A DNA stretch of 64,000 nucleotides from IMG/VR virus record IMGVR_UViG_3300004369_000643, positions 38,595 through 102,594 of that record, one strand, 5' to 3'. The notes under the pieces are model-generated. The model saw only the letters and a list, made by a program, of their open reading frames with translations, was not told the origin of the DNA and did not search any database. This document shows positions 45,700-55,619 of the stretch, piece by piece (position 1 is the stretch's first letter; every line of letters starts with the position of its first letter). The position numbers and the translations under genes were made by a program. This DNA is from a virus.

Positions 45700-48411
45700 A
45701 TGGTTTCTAAAGCGGTAAACACGGCTTATTCTACGGGTGGCGGCGCTAATGGTATTTGGCGTGCTATTGTACAGGAAGTTAATGGCTCTCTCCTAAATGT
45801 GACTATTCCACGTTTGGGTCAAAATAATTTGTATGAGAACGTTCCTTTTATTGGTTTCACTCCTGAGGTGGGTGACCGTATTTGGGTTGGATTTATTGAG
45901 GGTCGGTCGTTTGAGCCTGTAGCGTTTGTTGGTGCTAGCGATACGTCTACAGATATTACCGAGATTGTTGCCGGAACCAATTTGAATGGTGGTGGTACGG
46001 GTGGGTCTATCACAGTTAATCTTGATGATGATATTACTTTGTCTACTGTAACTGCAGATTTTTATGGTAATTTGCACGGCGCTCTTCATTTAAGGGTAAA
46101 GAATGTTGATAGCGTTGCTTTATCGCAGGGTGATCCCGTGTATGCTACTGGCGCTGTTGGGGCTTCTGGGGCTGTTGAGGTTGAGGGGTCGTTCGCCAAG
46201 TTTGCTGGCACTATGCCTGCTATGGGCTTGTTGGATCAGGATTTGGCTGTTAATGGTGAGGGTCATGTTGTTGTTTCTGGTGTTTTCAAGAACTTTGATA
46301 CAGATACTCCGGGATATAGCGTTGGGGACGAGTTGTACGTTGCTCCGTCTGGGGGTTTGACTACGACCCGTCCTACTGACCCGACCCATTTGGTTCAGAA
46401 GATTGCTAAGGTTATTCGTGTTCAGCAGACCACTGGTGAACTTTTGATTCAGGGTGCTGGTCGTACTAATGATATTCCCAACTCGTTTAGTACTAGTGGT
46501 GATGTCACTGTTGGTGGTGATTTTTCAGTTACAGGTAATTCGACATTTACAGGCAACTTGACTGTTAATGGTACTACGACTACTTTAAATACTCAGACTT
46601 TAACTGTTGAAGATAACATTATTATGCTTAATTCTAATGTTACTGGTGCTCCGTCGTTGAATGCGGGTATTGAGGTTGAGCGTGGTACGTCTTCTAATAG
46701 AAGTTTTTTGTGGGATGAGAGTATTGATGCGTGGACGATTGATACCGCTGTTGACGGTAATCTGTTAAGGCTTACTGGGGCGAATGATAGTTTAAATATT
46801 TCTGTAAGTGGTGGTGACTTCAGCATTCTAAATAGCCAGCAGTCAAACGGCATTGTTATTTATGACGACACTGGCGGTGTTGAGATTTGGTATAACGGTG
46901 CATCTGTTTTTGAGGCTGATAGCGGCGGAGTTAAAGTAGGCGGATCACGGATTCTTACTGTTGCGGATGAAGGTACAAACAATGGTCTTGATGCTGACAC
47001 TGTAGATGGAATTCAAGCATCTTCTTTCTTGCGGTCAGATGCTGCGGATACTGCAACTGGACAGATTACTTTTACCGGAAATGTAGTAATTGATAATAGT
47101 ACAGTCAATACTATTACTTTGTACACTGAAGCGCCGGGAGCAAAAATTGCGGATACCTTCACTGACAACACTACGTACAAGTCGTACATTAGGTTTAGTG
47201 CTGGTTCAAACTCTAACGACCCCGGATATATCATGCATGAAACGTCGGACTTGACTTCGCCTAATGAAACAAATGAGGGCGTTCTACATCTAGTCCCCTC
47301 AGATGATAACTTATACGGCGACTACGTTTCTATCCACGGAGCAAATAATCCAGACTCTGTAAAGATTCACACAGACGGATCATTTGAGGGTGTTGCATCT
47401 ATTAACGGGCTAGGTATTCACAGCGGGCGTAACAACGAAGCCAACAAAATTGTTCGGACTGATGGTACTGGCTACATCCAAGCAGGCTGGATTAACACCA
47501 CCAGTGGCAGTCATTCAGGTACGGTTAATCGTATTTATGCTTCCGACGACGATTATATCCGTTACATGACGCCCGTAAACTTCAGGGCGTCTGTTACAGA
47601 CGGTGTGTATGCTACTTCTGTGCACGTGCACCCTTATTTATCTACTTCTGGCGGCACTATTAATGGTGATTTAACTGTTACTGGTGCTATTTATGGTGCC
47701 TCAGGTAATGGTGACTACGTGCTAAAAGTGGGAGACGACGCTTGGATTGGTGACACTGACGCATTAAACACTATAGCATTTTTTGGTAACTCCAACGATG
47801 ACAGATGCACCTTACAGTTTGGCCGTCTTGGCGGTGCGTCTATTGATGGCAATGCAAACGACATTAATTTTAATGGACGTATGTATGGTAAACAAGTTTT
47901 GGTGGCGAGCGGTGGATTTACTCTCAGAATTGACGGCAACAGTAAAGAGTTTATTTACAGCACTTCAACGGTTAAAGTAAAAAAAGATATCATCAAAACG
48001 GAAGACTTGCTAGGCTATCTGAATGAAAGATCACCAATTTACTACTTGGACCCAATTTTGTATCATCTCAAGGAATTAACGGATTCTAAGGGTGAGACAT
48101 ATAAAGGTGATCACGACGAGTATATCCATGGGTTTATAGCGGAAGATGTAGCGGATGTTATTCCAGAGGCTGCGCTGTTAGATGCAGATGGAGAAATCGC
48201 AATGTACCAAGAAACACCAATTCTGGCGTTGCTGGTTGCGGAGGTTAAGCGACTTGGTGCTATGGTTGAAGAAATGTATGCTAAGCATAATCCTTCTTGG
48301 GTAGCGCCTGTAGATCGATCAGAGTCTAGCAAAGAGAAAGAGCATGAAATCTTGACTCAATGGTCTGAAGCCATTAAAATTCAGAATGGGCTTACCATCG
48401 AAGAGCAATAA
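45700..48411 (+). CDS. Baseplate spike OB-fold fused to tail fibre with C-terminal S74-like intramolecular chaperone
   Basis: GIWRAIV...VTIPRL...PEVGDRIWVGFIEG...PV; fibre motifs GLDADTVDG..ASSFLRSD; HGFIAEDVADVIPE. Confidence 0.72.
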   Translation: MVSKAVNTAYSTGGGANGIWRAIVQEVNGSLLNVTIPRLGQNNLYENVPFIGFTPEVGDRIWVGFIEGRSFEPVAFVGASDTSTDITEIVAGTNLNGGGTGGSITVNLDDDITLSTVTADFYGNLHGALHLRVKNVDSVALSQGDPVYATGAVGASGAVEVEGSFAKFAGTMPAMGLLDQDLAVNGEGHVVVSGVFKNFDTDTPGYSVGDELYVAPSGGLTTTRPTDPTHLVQKIAKVIRVQQTTGELLIQGAGRTNDIPNSFSTSGDVTVGGDFSVTGNSTFTGNLTVNGTTTTLNTQTLTVEDNIIMLNSNVTGAPSLNAGIEVERGTSSNRSFLWDESIDAWTIDTAVDGNLLRLTGANDSLNISVSGGDFSILNSQQSNGIVIYDDTGGVEIWYNGASVFEADSGGVKVGGSRILTVADEGTNNGLDADTVDGIQASSFLRSDAADTATGQITFTGNVVIDNSTVNTITLYTEAPGAKIADTFTDNTTYKSYIRFSAGSNSNDPGYIMHETSDLTSPNETNEGVLHLVPSDDNLYGDYVSIHGANNPDSVKIHTDGSFEGVASINGLGIHSGRNNEANKIVRTDGTGYIQAGWINTTSGSHSGTVNRIYASDDDYIRYMTPVNFRASVTDGVYATSVHVHPYLSTSGGTINGDLTVTGAIYGASGNGDYVLKVGDDAWIGDTDALNTIAFFGNSNDDRCTLQFGRLGGASIDGNANDINFNGRMYGKQVLVASGGFTLRIDGNSKEFIYSTSTVKVKKDIIKTEDLLGYLNERSPIYYLDPILYHLKELTDSKGETYKGDHDEYIHGFIAEDVADVIPEAALLDADGEIAMYQETPILALLVAEVKRLGAMVEEMYAKHNPSWVAPVDRSESSKEKEHEILTQWSEAIKIQNGLTIEEQ

Positions 48412-48441
48412 AAGTTTAGTTAAACTTTATATAATGCGGGG

Positions 48442-48469
48442 TTGACATTTACTCCCATTCTGGTAGAAT
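48442..48469 (+). promoter_or_regulatory. sigma70-type promoter
   Basis: TTGACA(48442)-16-TAGAAT(48464) with TG extension. Confidence 0.65.
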
Positions 48470-48505
48470 AGTAAGACATGTTTATAACTGATGAAGGAGG
48501 TAGAC

Positions 48506-49105
48506 ATGTCAAACAAAAATCCACTGGGGTTATTCGCTATTTTTACAACTCTTCTAGTTTGCTCGTCATTTGTGGCTGAAGCACTAGAAGCACCTAAGAT
48601 GGATAGTTCTGTAGAAAACTATTCTGCCTACAGTCATCTTGTCGATGTAAAATTTACTGAAGCAGCAGTATTAGAAACAGATACACCCCCTACAACTAGT
48701 GTTGTCGAAATTACTGGCACTACTACCACAAGCACAGTCGTTGCTACCCCCTATGAAGGGGAAGGCGGTGCTGAACCTCAACTACCCACGGGTAAATGCG
48801 ACGAATGGTACATTACAGCGCTAGATGCAGGATGGGAAATGGGGCAACTCACAAAATTAGGGCAAATAATGTGGGCAGAAAGTCGCTGTCTCCACGATGT
48901 ATCTAATTGTTGTTCCTATGGTTTAGCACAAATGGAATGGAGTGCCCATAAACACTGGCTTAAATCAGACTTTGGTATTACAGACAAATACGAATTGTAT
49001 GATCCACTGCTTAACCTCCAGACCGCAAAATGGCTGTTTGACTATGCTGAAGAGCACTACGGCTGTGGTTGGCAACCTTGGTATATGAGTGGTGACTGGT
49101 GTTAA
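48506..49105 (+). CDS. Secreted/membrane-anchored lytic transglycosylase (SLT-like)
   Basis: N-terminal signal/TM; Thr-rich linker; IMWAESRC...SYGLAQM...LYDPLLNL..A......WQPW; SD AAGGAGG. Confidence 0.72.
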   Translation: MSNKNPLGLFAIFTTLLVCSSFVAEALEAPKMDSSVENYSAYSHLVDVKFTEAAVLETDTPPTTSVVEITGTTTTSTVVATPYEGEGGAEPQLPTGKCDEWYITALDAGWEMGQLTKLGQIMWAESRCLHDVSNCCSYGLAQMEWSAHKHWLKSDFGITDKYELYDPLLNLQTAKWLFDYAEEHYGCGWQPWYMSGDWC

Positions 49106-49158
49106 TCATAGATGTGTTATAATATTATTGTAACATCCAGTTTGAAAGGAATCATATA

Positions 49159-50130
49159 ATGGCAAAACGCCCTTACACCGGTTATGATAGTACTGCATCA
49201 GGAAAGCGTGCAGGGTTTGAGACCCTCATTGATTTACTGGAAGCACATTTCGGCTTGTGGAATAATGGTACTTACGGAGTACGTCCAAAGCGTGGAAAGT
49301 CTTCGATGTCTGTCCACGCAACTGGTAGGGCAGGGGACCTGAGTTGGCGTGGTGCCCCTTATCGTGGTACTGGCAACTATGATGATGCTGTCAAAATGAT
49401 GGACTGGTTAACTGAGCACGCTGACGCTTTAGAAATTGAGGCAATTTTTGACTACTATCCAGCGCCGTGGGGGCGTGGATACAAATGTGACAGAGATGCT
49501 TGGAATGTTTATGATAAGAAAGCGTTTTCTGGTGCTCCGGGCGGGGACTGGGTCCACATTGAAGTGTCTAACCGGTATGCCGATGATCCTCAGTTCTACA
49601 TTGACTATTTCAAAGAGCATCTAGGTGACGCCGATGTTAAGCCCGCTCCCGCAAAGAAAACTCCTTCCAAGCCTGCTGGCAAAGACCCGTGGCTTCAGGT
49701 CGGCTCAAAGGGCGCTAAGGTCAAGGAAGTTCAGGGTATTGTTGGTGCGACTCAGGATGGTGATTTTGGCTCTAAGACGGAGGCGGCTGTAAAGAAATGG
49801 CAGGCAGAACACGATCAGCATGTCGATGGTATTTGGGGGCCGGGTTCGCAGAAGCATTACGAGTCCTGCGATCACAATAAGGATGAATCACCCGCTCCCG
49901 CTCCAGCGTCTGAAAAAGCAGACGATGATTCACCGAAGTATCCGGGTACCCCTTTGAAGAACGGTTCACGGAATGATTCAGTTGGTTACGTTCAGGCTAA
50001 GGTGGGCGCAACAGTGGACTGTTGGTATGGTCGTAAAACAACTCAGGCTGTGCGAAAGTATCAGGTGCGTAACAAACTGTATAACGATGGCATTGTCGGC
50101 TCTAAGACATGGAAGCACATGTTTGGCTGA
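49159..50130 (+). CDS. Endolysin: Zn peptidase (M15-like) + two PG-binding domains
   Basis: SVHATGRAGD...DWVHIE; DGDFGSKTEAAVKKWQ...DGIWGP; DGIVGSKTW. Confidence 0.82.
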   Translation: MAKRPYTGYDSTASGKRAGFETLIDLLEAHFGLWNNGTYGVRPKRGKSSMSVHATGRAGDLSWRGAPYRGTGNYDDAVKMMDWLTEHADALEIEAIFDYYPAPWGRGYKCDRDAWNVYDKKAFSGAPGGDWVHIEVSNRYADDPQFYIDYFKEHLGDADVKPAPAKKTPSKPAGKDPWLQVGSKGAKVKEVQGIVGATQDGDFGSKTEAAVKKWQAEHDQHVDGIWGPGSQKHYESCDHNKDESPAPAPASEKADDDSPKYPGTPLKNGSRNDSVGYVQAKVGATVDCWYGRKTTQAVRKYQVRNKLYNDGIVGSKTWKHMFG

Positions 50131-50345
50131 TGAAAGAGAAAATTATGTACGTTCTGGCTGTAGGTGTGATGTGTTGCATCATGCTGGCCATTGTCGGTGA
50201 CTATGTGGTCGCTTCGTTTGAGACATTTGAGACGGGCGAGCCTGTCGATGTTTCCTCGGACGTTATGACACTTGTTCAGACTGCTCTTGGTGGGGTTATT
50301 GGTATTATTGGCGGCTATTTTGGGGCTAAGGGTTCAAAGGATTGA
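50130..50345 (+). CDS. Putative holin (2 TM)
   Basis: Small 2-TM protein coupled to the endolysin stop; ends IIGGYFGAK. Confidence 0.6.
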   Translation: MKEKIMYVLAVGVMCCIMLAIVGDYVVASFETFETGEPVDVSSDVMTLVQTALGGVIGIIGGYFGAKGSKD

Positions 50346-50704
50346 TGCGGTTTTTCTATCAAGCCAAAGTAGATCGTGTTGTTGACGGTGATACAGTTGA
50401 CTTGGTTATTGACTTAGGTTTTGACGTGCTTCACAAAGTGCGTGTTCGTCTTCACGGGGTAAACACACCAGAATCACGAACACGTGATCTAGAAGAGAAA
50501 GCGCTAGGACTGGCCGCTAAAGACTATGTTTCAAACTGGCTGGCAGAATCAGATGCTGTGTATGTTAAAACTCTTAAAGACGGCACCGGAAAGTTCGGTC
50601 GCATTTTGGGTTACATATACGGCGATGAACACATGAGTAAATGCTTAAACGATGACATCATTGATTCAGGTCACGGTGTGCCCTATTATGGAGGAAAGCG
50701 TTAG
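50345..50704 (+). CDS. Thermonuclease (SNase) family protein
   Basis: RVVDGDTVD...RVRLHGVNTPE...GKFGRILG. Confidence 0.88.
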   Translation: MRFFYQAKVDRVVDGDTVDLVIDLGFDVLHKVRVRLHGVNTPESRTRDLEEKALGLAAKDYVSNWLAESDAVYVKTLKDGTGKFGRILGYIYGDEHMSKCLNDDIIDSGHGVPYYGGKR

Positions 50705-50706
50705 GC

Positions 50707-50741
50707 TTGACATACTAACCCGCTTTGGGTAAACTACACCT
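50707..50741 (+). promoter_or_regulatory. sigma70-type promoter, leaderless
   Basis: TTGACA(50707)-17-TAAACT(50730)-6-ATG(50742). Confidence 0.78.
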
Positions 50742-51257
50742 ATGGATAAAAAGATTGTCAGAGAAGCGGTATCTCCTGTACCTATTCCTTCGCTATCAGA
50801 AAAAACCCACCGTGCTGTTGAACTGTTGATTGCTAAAGAAGGTGTTTTTAGGACTAACGAGTCGTGGGTGCACACCGCTTTACAACCATTAATCAAAAGT
50901 GGTCACGTTAATGTAGACGGTAACATTATTTCAATTGGTAAGAACTTTGAGTTTTTCCTTTTGGATATGTCCAACACTTCTGCAAGTTATAACAGTACTT
51001 TAAAGAAATATAGAGAATTGGTTGCGTCCAATGTCGAAAAGTATGATGTAACTAATTTTGACGTTATGGACAAAGTTGCTTCTATAAAGAGCACTGACGA
51101 GAAGATTGTGTACTTAACCAGCGTGTTGGCTGATACGTTCGGTAAACTTGAAGAGGCTTTAAATAGAACTTCACATTTAGAAAACCTTTGTAGAGAGATG
51201 GATATCTCATTATCTGTCATGGAGTCTATAACATTTGATGAGAGTTCTGACAGTTAA
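50742..51257 (+). CDS. Hypothetical protein
   Basis: 171 aa ORF behind a promoter. Confidence 0.6.
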   Translation: MDKKIVREAVSPVPIPSLSEKTHRAVELLIAKEGVFRTNESWVHTALQPLIKSGHVNVDGNIISIGKNFEFFLLDMSNTSASYNSTLKKYRELVASNVEKYDVTNFDVMDKVASIKSTDEKIVYLTSVLADTFGKLEEALNRTSHLENLCREMDISLSVMESITFDESSDS

Positions 51258-51498
51258 TGCACGAGTTTTGCTCGCCGTGCTAGAAAACCCCGATATGACT
51301 CAGAAGCAAATCGCTGACGAGTTAGGTATGCGTTATCAGCACGTGTGGCGAGCATTAGACCGACTAGTTAAGGAAGGAATACTACGTAAGGAACGTCAAA
51401 ACAGACGAACCTACTTTTTTGCAGATAAAGGTTTTTATAACCTAGATGACATTCGCCGCTTACAGGCTTGCATGTCTCTGCAAGATATGGTAAACTGA
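51235..51498 (+). CDS. Winged-helix (MarR-like) DNA-binding protein
   Basis: NPDMTQKQIADELGM....VWRALDRLVKEGIL; start uncertain. Confidence 0.75.
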   Translation: MMRVLTVNARVLLAVLENPDMTQKQIADELGMRYQHVWRALDRLVKEGILRKERQNRRTYFFADKGFYNLDDIRRLQACMSLQDMVN

Positions 51499-51504
51499 TA
51501 TATT

Positions 51505-52263
51505 ATGGCAAAGATACTATACTACGACATTGAAACAGCACCCAACATGAGTTATGTTTGGGGTCAGTACGAGCAGAACGTAATTGAGCATGAACGAGAA
51601 TGGTACATGCTCTGCGTATCTTATAGGTGGGAAGGAGAAAAGTCCACTAAGGTCACATCTCTAGTTGACTTCCCCGCTGAGTACAAGAAAGACCCCGAGA
51701 ATGACTACCACGTCGTAAAGAAGTTGTGGGAGTTGTTAGATGAGGCTGACATTGTTGTAGCACACAACGGTGACAGGTTTGATATGCGCAAGGCTAATGC
51801 CCGCTTCGTGGCACATGGCCTAGGCCCTATTTCTCCTGTAAAGCAGATTGACACTTTAAAGGTTGCCAAGCGTTACTTCATGTTTAACAGCAACAAACTT
51901 GACCACCTAGGTCAACATTTAGGCTTAGGCCGAAAGGTTGCTACTGGCGGCTTTGAGACGTGGGCTGGATGTATGCGTGGCGACATGAAGTTTTGGAAGT
52001 TGATGGTAAAGTACGCTAAGCAAGATGTGGACTTGTTACGTAATGTTTATATGAAGTTGCGGCCTTGGATGACTAATCACCCCAATCTAAATGTTTACGA
52101 TGGTGGCAGTAATTGTCCCACCTGTGGTTCTTCTAACTTGCAGAGGCGTGGTCAGCGGTACACGCAAGTAGCGACGTACCAGCAGTGGTATTGTAATGAT
52201 TGCAGTGCTTGGTCACGTACTCGTGTGGCTGAGAAGTCTCAGCGCCCCGTCGTTACACCTTGA
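51505..52263 (+). CDS. RNase H-like / DEDD 3'-5' exonuclease with C-terminal Zn ribbon
   Basis: YDIET; VAHNGDRFD; YAKQDV; CPTCGS...CNDC. Confidence 0.85.
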   Translation: MAKILYYDIETAPNMSYVWGQYEQNVIEHEREWYMLCVSYRWEGEKSTKVTSLVDFPAEYKKDPENDYHVVKKLWELLDEADIVVAHNGDRFDMRKANARFVAHGLGPISPVKQIDTLKVAKRYFMFNSNKLDHLGQHLGLGRKVATGGFETWAGCMRGDMKFWKLMVKYAKQDVDLLRNVYMKLRPWMTNHPNLNVYDGGSNCPTCGSSNLQRRGQRYTQVATYQQWYCNDCSAWSRTRVAEKSQRPVVTP

Positions 52264-52267
52264 TTAA

Positions 52268-52513
52268 ATGAACACTGAAATAGCAAAAACTTTATACGCT
52301 AGGGTTCCTGACAGGCTGTACTGGCACAGCAATAGAGAAGCGTGGTATGCTTGCTACGACTCAGAGTTGTGCATTTTGACTAATGCTTCTAGTAAATTGG
52401 AAGCATACTGTTATACGACTAAGCCTGAATATCGTGATGCCCGAAGCAAAATTGTAGACGAATACAATTTGAGAAAAGGAAAGGTACATTCTTTCAATGA
52501 TGAGAATCGCTGA
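52268..52513 (+). CDS. Hypothetical protein
   Basis: 81 aa ORF within the operon. Confidence 0.5.
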   Translation: MNTEIAKTLYARVPDRLYWHSNREAWYACYDSELCILTNASSKLEAYCYTTKPEYRDARSKIVDEYNLRKGKVHSFNDENR

Positions 52514-53501
52514 TTCCAACGGGTTATCATTTGACGACGTTTTAATTAAACCCACGTATTCGGAAGTTCGTAGCAGGTCTAATGTAGATTTAAGTACGTC
52601 TGTAGGTAGCCTAAATCTTAAACTTCCTTTTATTGCAGCAAACATGGCAACCGTGTGTGAGTACACTATGGCAAGTGCGATGGATAGGCTTGGCGGTTTG
52701 GGTGTTGTTCATAGAAACGTTCCTTTGCTTGAACGATTTAGTAGTGTTGCTGGTCGCACAACAAATGCCGCTGTTGCTTTCGGTGTAAACGAAGACTTGG
52801 GTGCAGTTATAGATTTTGCTAACAGGTTTCGCACTCCCATGCTTGTCCTAGACATTGCACATGGACATAGTAAACATGCTTTAGACGCTTTAACTAAGGT
52901 TAAGGGCGGTTTAACTTATCCTGCTAATATGGTTGGTGGGAATATTGCGACATCCGAAGGCGTTAAAGCCTTTGTGGATGCGGGTGCAGACGCAGTGAAA
53001 GTTGGCATCGGCCCTGGTAGTGTTTGTTCAACACGAGTTGTAACCGGAGTTGGTGTACCCCAGTTGAGCGCTATTTCAGAGTGTGTTGATGCTGCAGATG
53101 TGCTAGGTGTTCAGGTTATTGCTGATGGCGGAATTAAGAGTGCCGGTGATGCCGCTAAAGCACTAGCGGTTGGCGCTGACGCTGTAATGTTAGGCAACAT
53201 GCTTGCTGGTACTAAAGAAGCCCCCGGTGATATGGTTGAGCATGACGGTAAGATGTATAAGGCTCATTATGGTATGGCTTCCGAGCAGGCTGGCTCAGCG
53301 TACGCTGAAGGCGTTTCGGGTTTCGTTCCTTATCGTGGATCTGTAGAAAACATTATAAATGCACTAGTTAAGGGTGTGTCTTCGACATGTAGTTACGTAA
53401 ATGCGCACACCCTTGCCGAATTGCACAGAAACACAGAGTTTATTCAGATAACTTCTGCGGGTTTGCAGGAGTCGGTACCTCATGATATAATGGAGATATG
53501 A
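52497..53501 (+). CDS. IMPDH/GMP reductase family enzyme without CBS domains
   Basis: LSFDDVLI; AANM; DIAHGHS; [22 protein letters not shown]; IADGGI; YGMAS; EGVSG. Confidence 0.9.
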   Translation: MMRIADSNGLSFDDVLIKPTYSEVRSRSNVDLSTSVGSLNLKLPFIAANMATVCEYTMASAMDRLGGLGVVHRNVPLLERFSSVAGRTTNAAVAFGVNEDLGAVIDFANRFRTPMLVLDIAHGHSKHALDALTKVKGGLTYPANMVGGNIATSEGVKAFVDAGADAVKVGIGPGSVCSTRVVTGVGVPQLSAISECVDAADVLGVQVIADGGIKSAGDAAKALAVGADAVMLGNMLAGTKEAPGDMVEHDGKMYKAHYGMASEQAGSAYAEGVSGFVPYRGSVENIINALVKGVSSTCSYVNAHTLAELHRNTEFIQITSAGLQESVPHDIMEI

Positions 53502-55432
53502 TTAGCGAAGATTCAATTACACTGTTTGACGACTGGCTTCACAAGACTGAGCACGGAGACAATACTCTAGGTGAGGTTGTTCTTGTTCGTTCAGATGACG
53601 ACTTCAGAGATTTCAGCGAGTGGTTATTTGAACGCAAGCGTCCTCTAGCGTACGACATTGAGGCCAGTGGTCTAGATACATATTCTCCCGAGTGGGTAAT
53701 TAAAAGTATTCAGTGGGGCGATCAAGAAAAAGCGTTTGTGTTTATCTGGCAAGAGCCTTGGTTTCAGAAGTCTATTGACATCGTTATGAATGAAACCGAT
53801 TATAGGTTACTGGCTCATAACGCTGCATTCGATGCCATAGGACTAGATCGACATAACCACGTGGACGCTCTAGAGTTATTAGCAAGAACATATGATACGA
53901 AGATTTTGGCGCATTTGGCTGATCCTCGTAGCCGTCAAGAAGGTGGTGTAGGGCATGGTTTGAAGAACTTGTCGGCGCATCATGTTGATAAGTCTGCGCC
54001 TGACTCGGATTCAGCGCTTAAAGACGTTTTTAAGCAGAATAAATGGTCTATTCAAGAGGGATGGAAAAACATTCCCGCCACACACCCTACGTTAGTACAG
54101 TACGCCGGTATAGATGTAATTTTAACTGCTAGACTTTTCCCTAAGTTGCGGCAAGAAATAAAACGTCAAACAATGGATCATTTAGTCAAGTATGAACATC
54201 AAATTTTAATTCTGGTTGCAGATATGGAGCGACGTGGTATGCGTATTGACGTTGAGTACGCAAAACGTCTAGTTGACGAGATGACAAACGAAGAGCAACG
54301 CAATATTGATATTGTTAAGAGTTTCGGTGTCGCAAACCACAACGCTACTAAAGATGTTGCTGCAGGTCTTCAGGCTTTAGGGGTTAAGTTGTTAGAGACT
54401 ACTGCTTCCGGGGCGTTAAAGGTAGATAAAACTATTTTAAATGCTATTTGCGATGATGAGGAGGCTGGTAATGCTAGAGTGCTTGCTCAGGCAGTTATGG
54501 GCGCTAAAAACAACGCAAAATGGCGAGATTCGTATGTTACTGCTTCTTTAGCCACAATGGACGCTAACGGTAGGGTTCATCCTAAGATTAATAGTTTACA
54601 GGCTAGGACTGGTCGTATGTCTATTAATAACCCTCCTCTCCAACAGTTACCCTCTGGTGGAGATGCTATACGTCGAATGTTCTTAGCGGAAGAGGGGTGC
54701 CAGATGGCATCTATCGACTTTTCTGGAGTTGAGTTGCGGGTATTAGCCGCTTTGTCACAAGACCCTGTTATGTTGAAAGTTTTTAAGGATGGTGATGATC
54801 TGCATCAAACTACTGCCGATAATACTGGGGTCACTCGCAAGGTTGCTAAGACTGTAAACTTTGGTAAAGTGTATGGTGCAGGCCCTAAGACTTTGGCTCG
54901 CCAGTCAGGATTGACAGTTGAAGAAGCCCAAAAAGTGTGCGATCTATTCGACAGCACCTATCAAGGTGTAACAAAGTTTTCGCATCAATTAGCGTTCCCT
55001 ATCAAAAAGGGTCAGCGTAGTTATGTGGTTACACATACTGGACGCAAACTTCCTGTAGATGAGGAGCGCCCCTATGCGGCCTTAAACTATTGTATTCAGT
55101 CCACGGCTAGAGATGTTTTAGGAAGAGCCATGATAAAGGTGCATGATGCTGGCTTATGGGAGTATGCTATGCTTCCCATTCACGATGAAATCTTATTTAG
55201 TTTCCCTAAGGATAATGCCGAAGAACTGTGTCGTGAAGCAGGCGTAGTTATGGAGATGATTCTTAAAGACGTGCATATTTCAACAGAGCCTGATTTGGGT
55301 GGCGACTCTTGGGGCACGCTATATACAGAAGGTGAACATGCTGTTGTTGAGTTGAATGATGATGACCGAAGAAAGTACGGTGACGAACATCTTATAAAGC
55401 ACTTGTTTGAGGCTAAGACGTTTGAGTTTTAG
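53498..55432 (+). CDS. polA: Family A DNA polymerase (3'-5' exo + polymerase)
   Basis: DIEASG; HNAAFD; ARTGRMS; DFSGVELR; RKVAKTVNFGKVYG; IHDE. Confidence 0.93.
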   Translation: MISEDSITLFDDWLHKTEHGDNTLGEVVLVRSDDDFRDFSEWLFERKRPLAYDIEASGLDTYSPEWVIKSIQWGDQEKAFVFIWQEPWFQKSIDIVMNETDYRLLAHNAAFDAIGLDRHNHVDALELLARTYDTKILAHLADPRSRQEGGVGHGLKNLSAHHVDKSAPDSDSALKDVFKQNKWSIQEGWKNIPATHPTLVQYAGIDVILTARLFPKLRQEIKRQTMDHLVKYEHQILILVADMERRGMRIDVEYAKRLVDEMTNEEQRNIDIVKSFGVANHNATKDVAAGLQALGVKLLETTASGALKVDKTILNAICDDEEAGNARVLAQAVMGAKNNAKWRDSYVTASLATMDANGRVHPKINSLQARTGRMSINNPPLQQLPSGGDAIRRMFLAEEGCQMASIDFSGVELRVLAALSQDPVMLKVFKDGDDLHQTTADNTGVTRKVAKTVNFGKVYGAGPKTLARQSGLTVEEAQKVCDLFDSTYQGVTKFSHQLAFPIKKGQRSYVVTHTGRKLPVDEERPYAALNYCIQSTARDVLGRAMIKVHDAGLWEYAMLPIHDEILFSFPKDNAEELCREAGVVMEMILKDVHISTEPDLGGDSWGTLYTEGEHAVVELNDDDRRKYGDEHLIKHLFEAKTFEF

Positions 55433-55505
55433 GCCAAAATTAGAAGCAAAACTGTGAGATTACTGACAAAGTTTCATTTTTACTCGCAAAAGTTTGCGGT
55501 CAGAC

Positions 55506-55534
55506 TTGATTTAAACGCCGCTATGGTGTATAAT
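55506..55534 (+). promoter_or_regulatory. sigma70-type promoter for the sigma gene
   Basis: TTGATT(55506)-17-TATAAT(55529). Confidence 0.65.
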
Positions 55535-55619
55535 TGGGTTCTAATAGACATGGGATACACACAAACACACCTTATCCCTATATATACGGCCATTTCGGCC
55601 AAAGAAAGGAGTACGACAT

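Noticed and set aside
5837-55432. Inteins or introns in terminase, RNR or DNA polymerase
   Set aside because: Lengths are ordinary, motifs are contiguous, and no intein termini or homing-endonuclease inserts were seen.
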